DNA of 64,000 bases from positions 7,068,001-7,132,000 of the forward strand of contig CM120642.1 in assembly GCA_051362555.1 (NCBI GenBank). Direction: 5' to 3'. Under the pieces are notes generated by a model. The model was given only the letters and a program-made list of their open reading frames with translations. It did not search any database and was not told the DNA's origin. Positions 14,116 to 24,576 of this stretch are shown here, piece by piece (position 1 is the first letter of the stretch; each line of letters opens with the position of its first letter). The position numbers and the translations under genes were made by a program. Source of the stretch: Lingula anatina (Eukaryota > Animalia > Brachiopoda).

Positions 14116-15980
14116 ATAATTAAAGCCTGCTGAATGCCAAAATGAAACCAAAACATCAATCGTCATCTGAACTAGTATTATCGGACAGAAAATGGGGAGA
14201 AAGTCAACTGTACAAAGTAATGGGGAACATACTACAATGTCTGATACTACAGTGTATTAGTATGTTGTCTATATACTCATTCCCTTGCGTATGAATGCGT
14301 TCTTAACTGCTGGTTGGGATAACATGCTTGGTGTTTCACCAATGCATCTACGCAAAGAATATATATTGAATTTAAATTTTACTGTTATATCTTGTGATAA
14401 TTTGCTTTGTCTATTCTAAATCCACACCTTCCCACCTTTGATTGCTGTCTTAACATTAAAATGTTTGTTTTTTTTTTTACTTTTGTTCACTACGCAACAT
14501 ATAAACAGTCGCTCTTTTCAAAAATGATTTGCACGTACACATGATAAAACACCATATTATACAACGCATCATGGTCGCCTTTATATTGGTGTAATTTATT
14601 CATAACTGTTCAATATACTCGTACATCACTGTGGTTACACTTATCATCAAGATCCTCGGAAACATGTCATAGCCGCATTCAGGTAAATTCAACAGGCAGA
14701 AGCGGATAAATGCTATATTATTCACGATGTACACAGACTTAAGGTTACACTGTGGCAGTGTTTAAAGTCATCATATCTATCAAATATGTATTTGAAACTT
14801 CACACAATTTGACCTCCTTTTTCGAAATAATGTTGACAAGTTTTATATTAAATAGCAGTTATCAGTGGATTGCACATCTGAGCCGAACTGGTACTGGTAG
14901 GACTCGTGCATTGTGCAGAGGTTGTTAACTGCACTTCTATTGCACAATGCCATTCTCAAATCAACAAGAAAGAACGATAATTCTGACGATATGACTGATC
15001 CAAAAGAAAGAGAATTGATTTAATGGAACTGCTATATTTTTATTGATAACGTCTATTTTAACCTACATTTGTCCCCCTTTGCTATTGTTATGATTTTTTA
15101 CTTATGTTCACTACGCGATAGATAAACTGTTTCTCTTCAAGATCAGGTGTAAACGGAATGCAGGTCCGCCAGGAACCGATGTCCTACTAAATTTATGATG
15201 CAGGTGCTTACCATGGGAACAAAACCCCTAAAACGAAAGGAGAACCGACAGGAAAGGTGACAAGCAAGAAGCTCTCTTGCTAGGGCCATATGTAATAAAA
15301 GGGATTTCCAAATGGGGAGCATACATCCTCCAAATTGAAGGTAGATGCACCCTTAAAGGTGCCGTCAATGGGTTTAATTTGAAAATTTATGTCACAAATG
15401 AATATAGATAGGCCTATTAAAATGAAAATACATGTAAATGTTTGAAAATTTCTCATGTGTTATTCCTAATAACGATATTTTTCCATTCAGTTTGTCAATA
15501 TCAAAATAATATTAATAAAAGGTACAGGTTACTTTAATACACACGTATTGTAATTTATTATATGTAAATTTCATTTAAGTGTGAGAGAAAAAGTCAGAGC
15601 GGACATACAGTATATTTCTAGTATAAATCAGAAAAACAGATCCCATCCGGACTTGCATTCCTTGCCATGGTACTTGCATTCCTTAGTAACTGTTGTCCCA
15701 CGGACGTTTTAAAAATCCTAGTAACGCATGTCCTAGCTAGACATCCATTCCTAGAAACGCTAGACCTAAGACCATCCTGAGTAGCTTTCAGTTGGAATGC
15801 CCTTATACTTGTATAACGGTAGAAAGACCGTGCAGTTAGGGGTGAAAGGACCCATAGACTATACTATGAGCTATGACATGCTCTTGTCTTATTAAAATTG
15901 CAGATGTAATACTCTGTTGGAATATACCATAACTTAGCTTTATACTCCATGGGGACATTATGATGATAGAAATACTAGGA

Positions 15981-16145
15981 AGTCTCTAGTAATCTCTGAA
16001 TTTCAGGGTGGGTGTAGCACGTGATTTGTAGATCTATTTTCATTGGTTGCCTCCAGTGGGCCCCACTGTCGAATGCAACGCTGGATATTTTTACACGAAT
16101 CGTTTGTTTAAATACTGGTGCTTTTATCTGGGCTTATATATTAGA
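15981..16145 (+). promoter_or_regulatory. Promoter of EF-hand gene C: shared module, inverted CCAAT, TATA-like box
   Basis: TAGTAATCTCTGAATTTCAGGGTG-GGTGTAGCAC-TGATTTGTAGATCTATTTTCATTGG matches the reverse complement of the A/B modules; TTATATA at ~16134-16140. Confidence 0.65.
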
Positions 16146-16199
16146 CTCAGTCTGGTTCTGCATTTGCATTTACTGTGCTTTTTGATGAAAACCTACAAT

Positions 16200-17758
16200 A
16201 TGAAGATTGCAATTCTCGTTTTGGCTGCATGTGTCCATGTTCAGTACGGACAAAGGTAAGTACTGCAGAAACATATTAAAAGAACTCACGAGCGGTAGCA
16301 GTTTTCCCAATTAAGTTTTATCTATGAGAAAATTAAAAGATGGATTTTGAAATCAAACAGTATTGTTGTTGAAGTTGGGCAGTCTAAGTATAAAGTCTTG
16401 GACCCACTCGTGCATGCACATTCATAAAAATGGTAAATTTTCTAAAACAATGACATGCACGTATATATATTTCTGTTTCCGTGCATTTTCGCAATGGTGA
16501 TGATAATTAGCATTAGGTAGTTACGTACTTAGTGCATTCAAACTTCTCCAAATGGAAGCAGACTGAGTCTAATATATAACCACCGCTGCACTATAAACAA
16601 CAAAAACCTCTTCGTACCAGTGGGACAGCATTTCAACACGCCGAACCACTCAGTTAATGACATCTCTGTCAACGTCCTAAAAGGAAACTTAAACGACACT
16701 AGGCAAAGACGGATCGCCGAACAGAAATTATAAGAACACTAGACACCTTGAATAATGGACTCAATAGGGACAATATTTTCATAAATGAGTATTGATTTCT
16801 TTCTTTGTTACGTAATTTTGAGGTTGTTTACGTATAGCACGCTTTTGGGCCACCGCATGTCTTCAACACATCACCGACGTCACGTATCCTAGGAGTTTGT
16901 TTTTTTTTTTACTTTTTGTTCATAATCCCCGAAGAAGGCCCAGGGGCCGAAAGCTCGGATTGTATTTAACAACTATAATGTAGATCTTTCAAGGTGCATC
17001 AATATATATATATACTTCTATAGAGATGAAAAGAAACGTTGGTGTTCATGTTGGTTGTGGTTTGACGGTTTTGCATTGTGTAACAAATTATTTTTTAGTC
17101 TTTTATTCAGAATTTACTACCATTGTATTTGGAAAGCTCAAATTTGAAAAGAATACGTACGAAGCAAAACAAAATGCTGGTGTTTGCCATAATTAGGCCC
17201 ATAGAGAAAAAGAATTGCAGCGTTCCTCGCGATGAAAAAAGTTAATGACATTTTGTGCTAAAATCAACACATAAAGACAGACTGAATTAACAGACAGATT
17301 GAATTTTAACAGACGGAAAAAGAAATTGAATTAATATTTTGCGTTTTCAAGATTGCTGACTGTCTGTCAAAAGCTTATTCGATATCGTGTAAAGGTCGCT
17401 GTTTTCGATTTTACTTTTGTGATTAAATGATTACACTGCACACGTGGTTTTATAATTCTAAATATTTAAGAACATAAAATAACGGTTAAAACGTTAAATC
17501 TAAGTATGGAATAGACTACTGTTCCAACACGGGTTATTTTATCATAAGGTCGCTCTTGGACTGTGTTGAATTTTTCTTTCTAATTTTGATTTCAGTTTCA
17601 AGCCCAACTTTGATCTGCAATGGGCTGCAATAGTGGTTTCGAAAATAGTTTGTTTGTTATATGACAGTGACCTCGATGGGTATCTCACTCACACAGATGA
17701 CAAGTATTATTTCAAAGACAATGATCTGAACAGTGAGTCCTTCGATTTTGCTGAACAA

Positions 17759-17825
<67 letters not shown>

Positions 17826-20800
17826 TTCACAGCCATTTCCTTGAATCAACCTCTCTTTATTCACATTTATTATTCTACTCAAAAAAACTTTGCATCAAGC
17901 ATTTGTACATGAAATCATTCAGCATGTTCCATATCAGGAGATGGCATAGTAACGTGGGAGGAGAATTTAAAACGCTGGACTGAGCTGGAACCCAAACTCC
18001 ATGCCAACTGGATTAAACTTATTTTTGACTCGATGGACTCAAACAGCGACGGAGTAATTTCAGAGAAGGATGCAATTTTTGGCGTTTTTAGGGTTGAAGG
18101 TGGGTACCAAAGTCCTTTTTAAGTTAAATTCTCTCTCTCTCTCTCTCTGAATAATAATAATAGGACCGGACCAAATAATTTTAATCATAAACTAGTTCAA
18201 AGATTTGTTTATCATTTGAGGGCATTTTCCTTATCTATTTCTATTTCAGAAAAAACAGAAATTTCCTTAGTTGAGTGCATCAAGATATGCGCCGGGGTAA
18301 TGTAACATTCACTAGTATTTACCATATTGCTTGGACCCGTTTAGCCAAAAGTTGAAAAGTTTTGGGTATACATGTAGCGTCAGCTGGGTAATGTCGACTT
18401 AAGGATATAAGACTGGGTTCCCATACCTAGACCGATCTAATAAGTTCGATCCACCTCCGAGGGGATTCTCGCTGAGTCGCTTTCAGCTTAAGCGGCTTAT
18501 GAAGCTGCTTAACGATAATTAATTACCCCCTAGCAGCTTTAGTAGACATGACAGACATCTTAGCCGCTTAAGTTGATTGCAATTAAGCAAGAACCCCCAC
18601 GGAAATAACTTGATTCACGGTTAGCACGATACAGTCTCGGCATGGTCCCAATGGGCCATTCAGAATAGATGATCGGAGTACTAACTAATCCGCCGACTAA
18701 ATATAGCCGACCACACTTCAAAAGCGATGCCGCTTATTCCCGATGGTTTCCCCGCCTCCACACGCGCCTTTATACGGATTAAATTCCGGGTTCGAGGTTA
18801 AAGGCCTACTGTGCTCTAGGAACACAGAGCGTTCACTGCTTTTTTTACAGTATAAAAACTATAAATCGACGTCAAAAAATTGTTCTTTTTAAGTTTTAGA
18901 GAGAAAAGATGAGATTTAGATGAGAAAATTCTGATTGGTCAGTTTGTAGTGACGTAACCTGGGTAGTAGCTTCCCACAGCTGTACTAGTAATAGTATATA
19001 CTATGCAGTAGGTGACTAAACATCCAGGTGTCAGAAAAACAAAATGCCGCAAAGTTGTGTTGCCCCCGGGTGCCGTAATGTAGGTTACGATAAAAAAGAC
19101 ATCTGCTATTATATCTTGCCGCAAAACGTAAAATTTGGCTCAATTCTCTGAAGTTAAAAAATCCCAGCACAGTGTCAAAACACGCGAGGATCTGTAGCGA
19201 CCACTTCGAGCCGGAATGCTTCGTACGTGACCTGCGAGGTGAATTGTGCGGTGGAAAAGCACGGAGAAAACTAAAAGATGATGCTGTACCCAGTATATTC
19301 GATTTTTCGGAGTACCAAAATGCGACAGTAAATGCCAGAGCGCTGCCGACGAGAGTCTTACCTGTAGGATGTGTGCATGATGCGGCCGTCGAAAGGAAGA
19401 AGAGAGCAGCTTCTAGAGCCCTAAAAAAGTTCGTAGCAGAGGTACGTTGTCGAATTTTTTGGTTATGTTAGTGAAAACTTTAACATTAACATGATAGTGG
19501 AATCAAATTTTTACTCGACATACTGCTGCACTGATCACGTGTAAGGCGGAAGTAGCGAGGTAAGTTGCAGAGGTGTGAAATGTAGTGTCCGATGCTATCA
19601 GTCCGCTATCTTTGGCCTTTTGTCCACTGACCTGGCTCTCCCGGAATGACACTGGTAAACTGCACGGGTGTGAAAAATAATGTTAGCTGTCACACCTGCA
19701 TGTATTAGGTAACTTTCTCTTATCAGTCGGGATAAGAACGTTCAGCCGACGCGACAGATGGGCATGTGTGAAAAACTATGTTCGCTGCCCTGCTTGCAAA
19801 CCTTTACTGTTAACATAGTTTTGGTGTTCATTTTTACAAAATAGTTCAGACAAAGCGATCGAGTAAATGTAAGTAAGCGGATAGCTGAATCGAAAATGGC
19901 TTTCTGAGCCTCGACGCAAGTGACGTCACTCGCCTCAAAGCGCCACCACGCGGGAGTATCGTAAACTACATTCACACCTGCATAAAATCGGCTTTAAAAA
20001 CTAAATAAACGTAAGAACTTTTTTTTTCATTACTCAAAAATGACTTTTGGGCACCTAATGGATAGTTTTAACCCGTTTTTTCATCACAGTATACCTTTAA
20101 AGGCCTACTGTGCTCTAGGAACACAGAGCGTTCACTGCTTTTTTTACAGTATAAAAACTATAAATCGACGTCAAAAAATTGTTCTTTTTAAGTTTTAGAG
20201 AGAAAAGATGAGATTTAGATGAGAAAATTCTGATTGGTCAGTTTGTAGTGACGTAACCTGGGTAGTAGCTTCCCACAGCTGTACTAGTAATAGTATATAC
20301 TATGCAGTAGGTGACTAAACATCCAGGTGTCAGAAAAACAAAATGCCGCAAAGTTGTGTTGCCCCCGGGTGCCGTAATGTAGGTTACGATAAAAAAGACA
20401 TCTGCTATTATATCTTGCCGCAAAACGTAAAATTTGGCTCAATTCTCTGAAGTTAAAAAATCCCAGCACAGTGTCAAAACACGCGAGGATCTGTAGCGAC
20501 CACTTCGAGCCGGAATGCTTCGTACGTGACCTGCGAGGTGAATTGTGCGGTGGAAAAGCACGGAGAAAACTAAAAGATGATGCTGTACCCAGTATATTCG
20601 ATTTTTCGGAGTACCAAAATGCGACAGTAAATGCCAGAGCGCTGCCGACGAGAGTCTTACCTGTAGGATGTGTGCATGATGCGGCCGTCGAAAGGAAGAA
20701 GAGAGCAGCTTCTAGAGCCCTAAAAAAGTTCGTAGCAGAGGTACGTTGTCGAATTTTTTGGTTATGTTAGTGAAAACTTTAACATTAACATGATAGTGGA

Positions 20801-22144
20801 ATCAAATTTTTACTCGACATACTGCTGCACTGATCACGTGTAAGGCGGAAGTAGCGAGGTAAGTTGCAGAGGTGTGAAATGTAGTGTCCGATGCTATCAG
20901 TCCGCTATCTTTGGCCTTTTGTCCACTGACCTGGCTCTCCCGGAATGACACTGGTAAACTGCACGGGTGTGAAAAATAATGTTAGCTGTCACACCTGCAT
21001 GTATTAGGTAACTTTCTCTTATCAGTCGGGATAAGAACGTTCAGCCGACGCGACAGATGGGCATGTGTGAAAAACTATGTTCGCTGCCCTGCTTGCAAAC
21101 CTTTACTGTTAACATAGTTTTGGTGTTCATTTTTACAAAATAGTTCAGACAAAGCGATCGAGTAAATGTAAGTAAGCGGATAGCTGAATCGAAAATGGCT
21201 TTCTGAGCCTCGACGCAAGTGACGTCACTCGCCTCAAAGCGCCACCACGCGGGAGTATCGTAAACTACATTCACACCTGCATAAAATCGGCTTTAAAAAC
21301 TAAATAAACGTAAGAACTTTTTTTTTCATTACTCAAAAATGACTTTTGGGCACCTAATGGATAGTTTTAACCCGTTTTTTCATCACAGTATACCTTTAAA
21401 TTGCTAGGCCTCTGCAGCGCGGCGTGTGTGGAGGGGGGGGGAGGCATCATACAAATTATAGCATTTGTGTGGTCGGCCATATTTAGTCGTCGGATCAGTT
21501 AGTACTCGGATCATCTATTCTGAATGGCCCCTTAGGTCCGCGTTTTACAAGCGATTGGTCCACAATGCATTTTGTTGACATACCTATAAATTGTCTTAAC
21601 TGACAAACCCCCGTCGTAAAGGCAACCACAACATTTTCTGGGGGTTATTTAAAGGGCAGAAAACGCTACCCTGAGTGTCAGGGCACTGTAAAGCTAGCTT
21701 GCTCAATGTACCTTTCCATGTGTTGGCTTTACAGTGGTATTGCTGATGTGGGTTATATATGAAATCAAGACCGAAATCTAGAAACTAGGCTAGAAAACGC
21801 GGTATGCTTTATGTTTTAGTGAAACAAAACTTTGTCAGCTGTAAATTATTTCAATTTGAATTTCAGCTTTACTTGCAAGATCCGCAACAGTTTCAAAAAG
21901 AAATGGAAGAACAAAAAGCGAAGAATCTTTTCCCATCTACACGTAAGTTCAATCATTTTTTCTTTTTAGTCAACTTCATTGTGGATAAAGCATTTAAGTG
22001 GTAGCGCTTTTTTGATAGAGTTAACCATGCTGTCTTCACAATTTATTTTTGCACGTCTGGTCCAAAAAAGGAAAACAAATATGTTCATCTGTCTATTTAT
22101 TTCTCTATTCATTTATACATTTTATTGTTTTTTCAGTTCCATGA
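16200..22144 (+). CDS. Secreted EF-hand calcium-binding protein, paralog C (6 coding exons, ~161 aa)
   Basis: Exons 16200-16255, 17596-17732, 17938-18099, 18250-18296, 21867-21942, 22137-22144, all GT-AG and in phase: MKIAILVLAACVHVQYGQSFKPNFDLQWAAIVVSKIVCLLYDSDLDGYLTHTDDKYYFKDNDLNRDGIVTWEENLKRWTELEPKLHANWIKLIFDSMDSNSDGVISEKDAIFGVFRVEEKTEISLVECIKICAGLYLQDPQQFQKEMEEQKAKNLFPSTLP*; AATAAA at 22268. Confidence 0.88.
16575..16975 (+). mobile_element. Penelope-like retroelement 3' fragment (GIY-YIG endonuclease C-terminus plus terminal repeat remnant)
   Basis: From 16581: HRCTINNKNLFVPVGQHFNTPNHSVNDISVNVLKGNLNDTRQRRIAEQKL/IRTLDTLNNGLNRD, with the PVxxHF..H, RxxxE and GLN motifs of Penelope-type endonucleases; one frameshift. 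Confidence 0.8.
16927..16958 (+). ncRNA. Minimal hammerhead-ribozyme-like motif of the Penelope fragment
   Basis: CCGAAGA-A-GGCC-cagg-GGCC-GAAA: variant of the CUGANGA core, stem II and GAAA box, at the expected place downstream of a Penelope-type ORF. Confidence 0.5.
17761..17821. repeat. Compound (TC)n(AC)n microsatellite
   Basis: Directly visible in intron 2 of gene C. Confidence 0.95.
18413..18605. mobile_element. Diverged or truncated copy of MITE family 1
   Basis: Shares TTAATTACCCCCT..CAGCTTT.AGTAG core and TTCCCATA..TAGA.CGATCTAA end with 13901-14115 and 58426-58651. Confidence 0.55.
18802..20096 (+). mobile_element. Kolobok-type non-autonomous DNA transposon, copy 1 (frameshifted THAP exon 19044-19441)
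   Basis: TTAA at 18798-18801 and 20097-20100; TIRs AGGCCTACTGTG...CACAGTATACCT; THAP C2CH domain MPQSCVAPGCRN..YILP/RKIWL..ICSDHF..LKDDAVPSIF. Confidence 0.8.
20101..21395 (+). mobile_element. Kolobok-type non-autonomous DNA transposon, copy 2
   Basis: Repeat of 18802-20096 at 1299-bp period with identical ORF translations; ends with TTAA at 21396-21399. Confidence 0.8.
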
Positions 22145-23964
22145 AACACCAGGTTTACTCATAATCCAAAAATTAGAGGAACGCGTCACAGAAAAATATT
22201 AGACAGTCGATATTACGTAGATACATGTAATCGGACAAACACAATGACGATGACTTTGAGAACATGAAATAAATCATGATAATGCCAGTCCATTTAAAGT
22301 CTCATTTTCTTTTTTCTACCCTGCAGTAGCACTATTAAAACAGCCCCGCTGGAAAGTCCACACCAGACTGCAATTACCATGAGCTTTGTTCAGTACAAAT
22401 TCTCTTTACGTAAATAAGATTAAGTTACTGATGCTGACTTGTTCAAATTTGAGTCAATTTCGTCGTCAAGAGTATGTCGTATGACTTCCTTTTCACTAGT
22501 AAAGAAAGGATTGGCTATCTTTGCGCACTATTATTCCTCGGTGGTCCATTTTTTTTAATAAAATGAATTAACTAATATATACATAATCAACGAGAGGACT
22601 GTTTCTCAAAAAAGCTACAGATAGTTGTGTGTGTGTGTATTATTCTAATCTACCAAGACTTGGTTTTGCTAAGAATCTAACTTTGGCTGAGGCCAGAAAA
22701 AATTGAAATGTTTTTTTTTTCTTTAACACACGTTTATGAGGCATAACAGTTTAATACTAGGAATGATATTAGGGGGAAAAGCAAGCCACCGTGTGAGAAA
22801 TTTTAGACATTAGAACAACAAAATTTCCAAAACAATACAGAAAAGTGGGGACACAATTTTTTTCATTCGTAAAATAGGTACAAAAATTAATTCCTCAAAA
22901 TAAAGGTCGGTCCGCGCTCGTTTGCCAAATCTTGTCAATTTTGTCTGGATTCGCCTCATTTTTTCGATTTTTTTAACTAAGCTTTGATCAGGTGTGTACT
23001 GACGAAGATCTTTACTCTCAGTCGTGACACCAGCCCATTTAGGTATGCCAAGTACATTGATTGTGTACCAATCATTCGAAAGAAACTGATTTCGCGCAGT
23101 CGGCTATCTGATTTTACAGTCGAGGCTGAGCTCCAGCCCCACAAACGCAAGGTGTGCATCGAAATTTTCACCAAACTGGGGCATAAGTAATCCAGCACCT
23201 GTTATCATTTCATTTGCACATTCGGGGCGGCAAAGAAAGCCGAAATGTGTACCTAGTAGTTACTCGGTGCACGTATCATTTTAAGTGTACTTTGTGTAAA
23301 ACAGGGAAAATACAACAATTATCCATCTACTCAACATACCTTGGGAAATCAACCCCTAGTGTTATCATTCGGCTAACGTAAGCTTTACATGCTTTTAAGG
23401 TACATACGAACCGAGCATCAGTGGAGCGTGGAATCCCAGTAACACATATAAACCACTTCTAGTAGTTTCTTATGTATGACTCAAATAAATTCGACATCCC
23501 AAGGGATAAACTGAATAAATCACTTGGTCATCCATAAAAGAGCTTTACACTGCTCCTTTCTTCAAATTTTTGGTCAAAAATTTACCCTACTTTCGTGACC
23601 TATTTTTCTGCCCCATTGACATACAGCATAGAATGCTAGCAGAAAAATCTGTTCAAACATCATTTTCGGGTAAAATTTAACAATACCTTTTGGCAATTCT
23701 CTTAGTTATATTACTTGAAACTATATGCTGGCATTTGGTTGGCTTTTGTGACCAAAAACTGACTTCATATGTATCTTTAAAAAAACGTCTAAGAAACTTT
23801 GTCGAAACTCGGTAATGCGAACTCATTGTTCTCATATACATTAATACTAAGAGAAATTTATAATAAAGGAGTAAAAGTAATTTTAGAAATTATAAATAGA
23901 TAAGCAAATAAAAACATTATTAATACAATATGTAAGCCAAATATCTTTCTCTTTGTAAAATTAT

Positions 23965-24576
23965 TCATTCTTTACATTTAAACAGTTTGGCACAGATAAT
24001 GCCGTTGAACCTCTTCATAGCAGAATGGCATGCCCCCAATATGAGGGAACTGTCTCTGTTCAGGAGCGGTTTCCATAGATATTCCTCTGTCATGTGGACC
24101 ATTTCCTCCCCTTCACCCGTTGCTTTTTTCCTCAGCATAATCGACACTAACGAGGGCAAGGTAAAGCTACGGCTCCCAAGGGTATATTTCACTCGCATAT
24201 CTACGTACAGTTCATTTTCTCCGTGAACGGCCTCGAATTTCTCCACTGAGCTAGCTGTCAGCGTTTTTTTCATGATCGGAATCACGCACGACAACTCGCG
24301 TTTCCCGTAGAATTTCGCGACGGGGTCCTCAAATATGACGTCATCACTGACATGTTTCAAGCTGTCAAGAGTGGCGGTGGCGGCGTAAACTTCCTGTATG
24401 CCTTTGAGAAGTTCTCCTCTGTTTTTCACCACTGTCTCTCTCTCACTCTCGCTGACATCCCAATTAGGCGCAGGCATGGCCTTCTTCGGGGCATATTTGA
24501 GGTGATACAGGAGATGTGACGTCACACCTGTATAAGCGAGGATTGGTGTCCCAATTAATAGGCTTACTACTCCCAT
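23965..24576 (-). CDS. NTF2/SnoaL-like fold protein with N-terminal hydrophobic segment, copy 1 (203 aa, uninterrupted CDS)
   Basis: Intact ORF conserved with 27998-28621 and with many synonymous changes; VSDDVIFEDPV..FYGKRE is typical of SnoaL/DUF2358-type NTF2 domains. Confidence 0.8.
   Translation of the reverse strand: MGVVSLLIGTPILAYTGVTSHLLYHLKYAPKKAMPAPNWDVSESERETVVKNRGELLKGIQEVYAATATLDSLKHVSDDVIFEDPVAKFYGKRELSCVIPIMKKTLTASSVEKFEAVHGENELYVDMRVKYTLGSRSFTLPSLVSIMLRKKATGEGEEMVHMTEEYLWKPLLNRDSSLILGACHSAMKRFNGIICAKLFKCKE

Larger units (their letters stand above)
18653..21530. mobile_element. MITE family 2 with ~63-bp terminal inverted repeats, split by the Kolobok-type dimer
   Basis: GGGCCATTCAGAATAGATGATC.GAGTACTAACT.ATCCG.CGACTAAATAT.GCCGACCACA at 18653 and its reverse complement ending at 21530. 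Confidence 0.8.

Noticed and set aside
18939-21274. Duplicated minus-strand ORFs of 61-77 aa
   Set aside because: Antisense or non-coding parts of the tandem Kolobok-type unit.
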